Source of the DNA: an uncultured Arcobacter sp.
Lineage (GTDB): Bacteria > Campylobacterota > Campylobacteria > Campylobacterales > Arcobacteraceae
Direction: 5' to 3'
DNA length: 64,000 nucleotides
Assembly (NCBI GenBank): GCA_965140705.1
Contig: OZ223302.1
Span: 608,001-672,000 of the forward strand
Part shown: in pieces, positions 58,025 through 64,000 of the stretch
How the letters are laid out: each line of letters begins with the position of its first letter
Position numbering within the stretch: position 1 is the first letter of the stretch
Position numbers and translations under genes: made by a program
Notes under the pieces: model-generated
What the model saw: only the letters and a program-made list of their open reading frames with translations
What the model was told of the DNA's origin: nothing
The model's database searches: none

Positions 58025-59401
58025 TTATAATGAAGCTGGTTTTACTCCAGCTTCATTTAAAACTACCTCTTTATAGTGCTTTTTTGAAAACTTCACCAGA
58101 ACCATTCCTGCAAATTTATTATCATCTTTATTATAAAATTCTACTCTATATATCTGTCCTTTTACATCCAATGAAAATCTTTGAATAATTTCATTTTTTT
58201 CAATTTCAAGTCCAGATTCATTTTTATGAGCTTTATTAACATATCCAATAACATTTACCCTATAATTATTTGGATAAACTAAAAAACTATTTGAAACATC
58301 AACCATTGAACCGATTTTTATCTCTTTTTCTTTGCCATCAATTTTGAATTTCACTTCTTCTTTTTTTCCACTTACATCTAAATAATCTGGTTCTAAAATA
58401 GATAATCTTCTATTTCCATAATGTATTGAATAAGTAGAATTACTATTTTTTATTACAGTCATAACTGGACTACTTGGTTTAAAATCTATCTTTCCATCTT
58501 TTTTTACTGGAAAATAACTTATATAATTTCTTACATCTGATAAAGGAATTTTTATTTTATCATCATAAAATGAGATATAAATATCATTGTCTATTACATC
58601 TCTTAAAGCTAAAGGTTCTAAGTCAAATTTTCGTTTAAACTCTATTCCCATAATATGCATATATTTTTCAAGAGCTAAAAGGTGATAATAAGTTCTTTCA
58701 TGTACTGGTAACTCTTTGCTTGCTTCATTTCCAAAAGCTGCTTTACCATTGTTTATTGCATAATAAGTTAATGTTTTTTCCATCTCCTTATCACCAAGTT
58801 TTGTTTTTGTATTGTGAGTATGATACGCATCCTCTTTTCTAATCAAATGTGCATTAACTTTTTCACAAATTTCTTTACTTATTTCAGCAAGATTTCCATA
58901 TACAGGAACATTTATACTAGCTTGATCAATAATTGAACTTTGTCCCCATCTATAAGGTGAATGATAATTATCTATAAATTTCTTTCTAAAATATCCACTC
59001 CCATCATGTAAATTTACTATTAATTTTACTTCAGGTTTTTTTATTAACTCTTTTATTCTCTCCACATCAACGTAATCTGGATCATCTTTAGAAATATATG
59101 CAAATTTTCTATTCATATCCCCAAAAGGACCTCGTGATCTTTCAATAATAGATGTAAAATTTAAATTAGGAACAATCCAAACAGAACCTTTTGTTATCTC
59201 ATAATGTGTTGCTATTAAAGATGCAGCCATAAAACCTCCAGGCTCATCACCTTGGATACCACCTACTATTAAAAGTGTATTATCATCTTGTACACCCTTT
59301 TTAATAAATTTAAAATTTAAATCACTACTATGCGCATATAAATTCTGTAAAAATAAAAAAACAAATAAAACTCTAAATAACTTTAACATGCCAAGGTTCA
59401 T
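58025..59401 (-). CDS. pgp1: Peptidoglycan DL-carboxypeptidase, Pgp1/Csd4 family
   Basis: GGIQGDEPGG (Gln/Glu Zn ligands), DMNRKF and NLHDG; alternative start at 59389. Confidence 0.88.
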   Translation of the reverse strand: MNLGMLKLFRVLFVFLFLQNLYAHSSDLNFKFIKKGVQDDNTLLIVGGIQGDEPGGFMAASLIATHYEITKGSVWIVPNLNFTSIIERSRGPFGDMNRKFAYISKDDPDYVDVERIKELIKKPEVKLIVNLHDGSGYFRKKFIDNYHSPYRWGQSSIIDQASINVPVYGNLAEISKEICEKVNAHLIRKEDAYHTHNTKTKLGDKEMEKTLTYYAINNGKAAFGNEASKELPVHERTYYHLLALEKYMHIMGIEFKRKFDLEPLALRDVIDNDIYISFYDDKIKIPLSDVRNYISYFPVKKDGKIDFKPSSPVMTVIKNSNSTYSIHYGNRRLSILEPDYLDVSGKKEEVKFKIDGKEKEIKIGSMVDVSNSFLVYPNNYRVNVIGYVNKAHKNESGLEIEKNEIIQRFSLDVKGQIYRVEFYNKDDNKFAGMVLVKFSKKHYKEVVLNEAGVKPASL

Positions 59402-60200
59402 ACCTTACTCCATCCTTATTTCCAATTGTGTATCTCATATCAATATATTTTAAACTTTTCATCTCAGTAAATTCATGTGTATGAGCAAATCTTTCTGTAA
59501 AGTTTGCTGCACCTAAGCCTTTTTTACCAACATCGAAATCTCCAACAGAGTGATATGTAAATGCTGGAGGTGCAATTGATTTTGATGCCATAGATAAATT
59601 AAGATTTACAGAATCTAATTTGTCCAAAAATAGTTTCATTTGTTTAACAACAGATCTTACTCCTGATGTTAAATAAATAGTTGGACCAATATCTTTTTTC
59701 ATTTTTAAATAAGCCTCTTTAGGTTTACCTTTAAATATATAATGTCCTGTATATGGTACTTTTTCTATCTCTTTTTTATTTATTGATGCAGTTAAATCAT
59801 TAGTTGTTCTATCACCATAAAAACCATGATATGTTGGTTCATAGTAAAATATATGCTCAATAAAAGCTAACTCTTCTTTTGTAAATACTACATGATCTTT
59901 AGAATATTTCAAGATATTTATAGCTTCATCAAAAGATATAATATTAAAATTTCCATATCCTACATAGTGTTGAATATAATTAATCTTTTTTTGTACATTT
60001 CTAAAAGGTACATGGTATTTTTCTTCTAAAAAAACATCTTTTGATATATTGCTAATACTATTAGCTATAGGTATCATATCTTTTGGAGAGAAATTTTTCT
60101 CTTCAAAAATATCAGTAGAACTTGCACTTCCAATTATTGGATACATTGTTGAACAAATTGCTAAATTTTTTGCCTTATCTAAAAATTCTCTTCTATTCAT
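59373..60200 (-). CDS. M15B (VanY-like) carboxypeptidase with twin-arginine signal
   Basis: MNRREFL, SGVRS, YHSVGDFD and YEPWH. Confidence 0.85.
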   Translation of the reverse strand: MNRREFLDKAKNLAICSTMYPIIGSASSTDIFEEKNFSPKDMIPIANSISNISKDVFLEEKYHVPFRNVQKKINYIQHYVGYGNFNIISFDEAINILKYSKDHVVFTKEELAFIEHIFYYEPTYHGFYGDRTTNDLTASINKKEIEKVPYTGHYIFKGKPKEAYLKMKKDIGPTIYLTSGVRSVVKQMKLFLDKLDSVNLNLSMASKSIAPPAFTYHSVGDFDVGKKGLGAANFTERFAHTHEFTEMKSLKYIDMRYTIGNKDGVRYEPWHVKVI

Positions 60201-60210
60201 TGTTTCTTCT

Positions 60211-60474
60211 TTATAAAACCATTTTTACATCATCATGATTACCTAAAAGTTCATAAATCATCTTTCTATCATCTTCATTATGAACAATTAAGTCTAAAGT
60301 ATAACTTTTAAATTTTCCCTTTGAACTTACTTTTGATTCAGTTAACTTATGTTCCCTCTCAATTATAACTTCTTTAACAACTTTTTTTATATTTACATCT
60401 TCAACAACAACAACTTTATAAACCCAAGAACATGGATAATCAAGTTCTAACTTATGTTTATTTAAATCAATCAT
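60211..60474 (-). CDS. YbeD/DUF493 (HP0495) family protein
   Basis: [19 protein letters not shown] and VKMVL. Confidence 0.88.
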   Translation of the reverse strand: MIDLNKHKLELDYPCSWVYKVVVVEDVNIKKVVKEVIIEREHKLTESKVSSKGKFKSYTLDLIVHNEDDRKMIYELLGNHDDVKMVL

Positions 60475-60941
60475 CGCTTAAAATCCCCACTTTTCCCACC
60501 AGATTTACTCTCTAATTGAATATTAGAAATAACCATTGATTTATCAATAGCTTTTACCATATCATAAATAGTAAGTAAGCCAATACTAGTACCTGTTAAA
60601 GCTTCCATTTCAACACCAGTTTGTCCATTTAACTTAGCAGTAACTATCAATTTAAAACCAGGTAAGCTAGGTAACTCTTCAACATCACAGTTTATTCCAC
60701 TTAATAATAAAGGATGGCACATAGGTATTAATTCACTTGTCTTTTTAACACCCATAATTGAAGCAATAACAGCAGTTTGAAGTACTGGACCCTTTTTTGT
60801 ATTATTACTAATAATTGCATCATATGCTTCTTGTGACATAGATATTTGTCCAGAAGCTATTGCTACTCTTGTACTATCTTTTTTATCAGATACATCTACC
60901 ATTTTAGGTCTATTATTTTCGTCTAAGTGTGTTAAATCCAA
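60471..60941 (-). CDS. moaC: Cyclic pyranopterin monophosphate synthase
   Basis: LTHLD...[20 protein letters not shown] and YDMVKA; TTG start. Confidence 0.97.
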   Translation of the reverse strand: MDLTHLDENNRPKMVDVSDKKDSTRVAIASGQISMSQEAYDAIISNNTKKGPVLQTAVIASIMGVKKTSELIPMCHPLLLSGINCDVEELPSLPGFKLIVTAKLNGQTGVEMEALTGTSIGLLTIYDMVKAIDKSMVISNIQLESKSGGKSGDFKR

Positions 60942-61056
60942 GGTTCTTCCTCATATTCTTTAAATAAGTCATTATATCAAAATATGGTTAAATTGAAATT
61001 AAGTATTATTTAAATATAATGCAACCCTAAATTTTAAAAGAAAGAGGGTGATTATA

Positions 61057-61269
61057 GTGCCAGGTATTAAAGTTAAAGATAGCGAATCATTCGACGAAGC
61101 TTATAGAAGATTTAAAAAGCAATGTGACAGAAACCTAATCGTTACTGAAACAAGAGCAAGAAGATTTTTTGAACCTATGACTGAAAAGAGAAAGAAACAA
61201 AAAATTAACGCTAAGAAAAAAATGCTTAAAAGATTGTATATGCTTAGAAGATACGAATCTAGACTGTAA
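61057..61269 (+). CDS. rpsU: 30S ribosomal protein S21
   Basis: MPGIKV...[14 protein letters not shown] start at 61057 after GAGGGTG. Confidence 0.96.
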   Translation: MPGIKVKDSESFDEAYRRFKKQCDRNLIVTETRARRFFEPMTEKRKKQKINAKKKMLKRLYMLRRYESRL

Positions 61270-61285
61270 TAGAACACTATTACCT

Positions 61286-61317
61286 AAAAGGGTCTCTATT
61301 TTAGAGACCCTTTTTTT
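61286..61317 (+). terminator. Intrinsic terminator after rpsU
   Basis: AAAAGGGTCTCTA-TTT-TAGAGACCCTTTTTTT. Confidence 0.92.
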
Positions 61318-61496
61318 ATGCCCAAAATACTGACATTTAAAGCTAAATTATCAGAAAAAAATTATTATACCACCAAATTGACACTAAATCCATGTATAAG
61401 AAATTAAATACTTGGTGAATTCCATATTTTGATTTACTATTCAAATAATAAGATTTCACAAATTAGAACTTGTATATTAATAAAAGGAGTAACTTG

Positions 61497-62963
61497 ATGC
61501 AAAAGAATGCACGAGTTGAGTACGATTACTCAGTTGCAAAAGCCTTTACCTTTACCGCAATTTTATTTGGTATTTTAGGTATGATAGTTGGTGTTACCTT
61601 AGCCTTTCAATTGGCTTTTCCCCATTTAAGCAATTTAGCTGGAGAATATGGTACTTTTAGTAGATTAAGACCTATTCATACAAATACTGTTATATTTGGT
61701 TTTACTTTAAGTGGTATTTTTGCTGGATGGTATTATATGGCTCAAAGAATTTTAAAAGTTTCTTTGAAAGAATCACCATTTTTAATAATTATTGGTAAAT
61801 TACATTTTTTACTTTATTTCATCACAATTCTTTTAGCTGTTGTTACACTTTTAGCTGGGTATACAACATCAAAAGAGTATGCTGAATTAGAGTGGCCACT
61901 AGATATTCTTATAGTGATTTGGTGGGTGTTATGGGGTATCAGTATTTTTGGATTAATTGGTATTAGAAGAGAAAGAACACTATATGTTTCAATCTGGTAT
62001 TTCATAGCTACTTTTATAGGTGTTTCAATGTTATATTTATTTAATAACATGGAAGTACCAACAGCATTAGTTTCTGGATATGGTTCATGGATGCACTCAG
62101 TATCAATGTATTCAGGTACAAATGATGCTTTAGTACAATGGTGGTATGGGCATAATGCGGTTGCTTTTGTATTTACAGTTCCAATTATTGCTCTAATTTA
62201 CTACTTTTTACCAAAAGAGTCAGGACAAAATGTTTATTCATATAAGTTATCTATCTTAGCTTTCTGGGGATTAATGTTTGTTTATTTATGGGCTGGTGGT
62301 CATCACCTTATTTATTCAACTGTTCCTGATTGGCTGCAAACTATGGGTTCTGTTATGTCTATTGTTTTAATTTTACCATCATGGGGATCAGCTATTAATA
62401 TGCTTTTAACAATGAAGGGTGAATGGCAACAATTACAAACAAATACCTTAATTAAATTTATGATTTTAGCATCAACATTTTATATGCTATCAACAATTGA
62501 AGGTCCAATCATGGCAATTAAATCAGTTAATGCGGTTGCTCACTTTACAGATTGGGTTCCAGGACATGTACATGATGGTACATTAGGTTGGGTTACATTT
62601 ATGATTATGGCTGCCTTATATCATATGGCTCCAAGAATGTACGGTAGAGAGCTTTATTCTAAATCGTTAATGGATACACAATTTTGGTTACAAACTACAG
62701 GTATCGTATTGTACTTTACATCTATGTGGATAGCAGGTATTACACAAGGTATGATGTGGAGAGCATATGATGAATATGGTTCATTAGTTTACTCTTTCAT
62801 AGATACAGTTACAGTATTAAAACCATACTATACAATTAGAGCTGTTGGTGGATTATTGTACTTAATTGGTTTCTTTATGTTTGCATATAATATGTATAAA
62901 ACGGCAACTGCAGGTAGAGTTCTTGATAAAGAACCAATCAATGCAACGCCAGTAGCCGCATAA
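61497..62963 (+). CDS. ccoN: cbb3-type cytochrome c oxidase subunit I
   Basis: RLRPIHTN, WWYGHNAV, GGHHL and GHVHDG; ATG 61497 after AAGGAG. Confidence 0.97.
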   Translation: MQKNARVEYDYSVAKAFTFTAILFGILGMIVGVTLAFQLAFPHLSNLAGEYGTFSRLRPIHTNTVIFGFTLSGIFAGWYYMAQRILKVSLKESPFLIIIGKLHFLLYFITILLAVVTLLAGYTTSKEYAELEWPLDILIVIWWVLWGISIFGLIGIRRERTLYVSIWYFIATFIGVSMLYLFNNMEVPTALVSGYGSWMHSVSMYSGTNDALVQWWYGHNAVAFVFTVPIIALIYYFLPKESGQNVYSYKLSILAFWGLMFVYLWAGGHHLIYSTVPDWLQTMGSVMSIVLILPSWGSAINMLLTMKGEWQQLQTNTLIKFMILASTFYMLSTIEGPIMAIKSVNAVAHFTDWVPGHVHDGTLGWVTFMIMAALYHMAPRMYGRELYSKSLMDTQFWLQTTGIVLYFTSMWIAGITQGMMWRAYDEYGSLVYSFIDTVTVLKPYYTIRAVGGLLYLIGFFMFAYNMYKTATAGRVLDKEPINATPVAA

Positions 62964-62978
62964 GAAGGAGGAATTATT

Positions 62979-63662
62979 ATGTTTCATTGGTTCGAACAAA
63001 GACCGTTTTTCTTTGCGGTATTAGTATTTATATTTATATCTTTTGCAGGTATCATAGAAGTTATACCAGATTTTGCAAAACAAAGTAGACCAACAGTTGG
63101 TACAAAACCATATACTGTTTTAGAGTTAGCAGGTAGAAATGTTTATATAAAAGATTCATGTAATGCTTGTCACTCACAATTAATTAGACCATTTAAATCA
63201 GAGACTGATAGATATGGTATGTATTCGCTGTCAGGTGAGTATGTTTATGATAGACCATTTTTATGGGGATCAAAAAGAACAGGTCCAGATTTACATAGAG
63301 TTGGGAATTATAGAACAACAGATTGGCATGAGAATCATATGATGGATCCAGCATCAGTAGTACCAGGTTCAATTATGCCATCGTATGCACATCAGTTTAC
63401 AAACTTGGCAGATATTGATACTGCATATGGAGAAGCAGTTACAGTAAAAAAAGTATTTAATACTCCATATGATGTAGATTTAAATGGAGATGGGAAAATT
63501 GATGTTCCATTAGGGACTTATGAAGAGGCAAAAGCTGAGACTTTAAAAGAGGCGAAAGCAATTGCTGCTGATATGAAAAATCAAGCTGTAAAAGATGCCG
63601 TTGCTAACGGTAAGATTCCTGAGATTGTAGCGCTTATTGCGTATTTGAATTCTTTAAAATAA
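62979..63662 (+). CDS. ccoO: cbb3-type cytochrome c oxidase subunit II
   Basis: CNACHSQ, WGSKRTGPDL and PGSIMP. Confidence 0.97.
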   Translation: MFHWFEQRPFFFAVLVFIFISFAGIIEVIPDFAKQSRPTVGTKPYTVLELAGRNVYIKDSCNACHSQLIRPFKSETDRYGMYSLSGEYVYDRPFLWGSKRTGPDLHRVGNYRTTDWHENHMMDPASVVPGSIMPSYAHQFTNLADIDTAYGEAVTVKKVFNTPYDVDLNGDGKIDVPLGTYEEAKAETLKEAKAIAADMKNQAVKDAVANGKIPEIVALIAYLNSLK

Positions 63663-63671
63663 GAGGTTATT

Positions 63672-63896
63672 ATGAGTTATCAAGAAATAGTTGACTTACA
63701 AGGTTATACAAAAATAATATTAATGTTTATTGCGGTTGTAGTATTTTACTTTTGTGCTTATTCAATCTATAAAAGAGATAGAAAAGGAGAAAGAAACTAC
63801 GAGGAATATTCAAACTTGGTACACGATGATTCACTAAACTCAAAACCCCTTGAAGAGAGGCATAAAAAAAGTGATAAAAACGAGAAAAATATTTAA
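63672..63896 (+). CDS. ccoQ: cbb3-type cytochrome c oxidase small subunit
   Basis: Single TM, RNYEEYSNL motif, position directly after ccoO. Confidence 0.85.
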   Translation: MSYQEIVDLQGYTKIILMFIAVVVFYFCAYSIYKRDRKGERNYEEYSNLVHDDSLNSKPLEERHKKSDKNEKNI

Positions 63897-63911
63897 AATA
63901 TAACTCTAAAT

Positions 63912-63946
63912 AAAAAAGGGAAAAGTTAATTCTTTTCCCTTTTTTT
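63912..63946 (+). terminator. Intrinsic terminator directly after ccoQ
   Basis: AAAAAAGGGAAAAG-TTAATT-CTTTTCCCTTTTTTT. Confidence 0.88.
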
Positions 63947-64000
63947 ATATCTATAATATTTGTTAAACATTAGTAGTTAAAAGTTCTATTTAAAAGTTAA

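Noticed and set aside
61318..61407. 29-codon ORF between rpsU and ccoN
   Set aside because: It starts directly after the terminator T-run with no RBS.
61429..61444. TTGA-N8-TCAA upstream of ccoN as an FNR box
   Set aside because: Spacing is 2 bp longer than the TTGA-N6-TCAA consensus.
1..64000. CRISPR arrays, tRNA/rRNA genes, IS elements, prophage or defence genes
   Set aside because: No spaced direct repeats, cloverleaf-like GC-rich segments, or transposase, integrase or phage motifs were found by eye.

Overview
AT-rich chromosomal window from a member of the Campylobacterota, most likely the Arcobacteraceae. This is judged from the fabZ-lpxA-clpX-mreB-mreC order, the Pgp1/Csd4 peptidase, the cbb3 oxidase genes and the many MCPs. 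Most of it is housekeeping DNA (fumC, queH, lpxB, fabZ, lpxA, clpX, mreBC, ribE, mnmG, ccoG, pyrG, recJ, dnaE, surE, moaC, rpsU, ccoNOQ). It also carries two chemoreceptors, a two-component pair, a cytochrome c peroxidase and a MarR-controlled RND efflux operon. I found no rRNA, tRNA, CRISPR array, transposase or integrase. The most striking region is 4385-12304. An IclR regulator is divergent from an operon encoding a CitE/Mcl-family lyase, an acyl-CoA ligase fused to a CitE domain that has lost a metal-binding Asp, a mesaconyl-C1-CoA hydratase (Mch) homologue and a second CitE-family lyase. Downstream lie an unannotated 20-codon uORF embedded in a nested RNA structure, a DUF5718 protein that carries FAH-superfamily motifs, and fumC. 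I infer a CoA-dependent C5-dicarboxylate/glyoxylate pathway with attenuator-like control. A second notable module is 50583-53372, a PlcP/GT4/patatin lipid-remodelling set on a mirror-symmetric, apparently leaderless divergent promoter. All family assignments come from motif recognition by eye; no database search was run.
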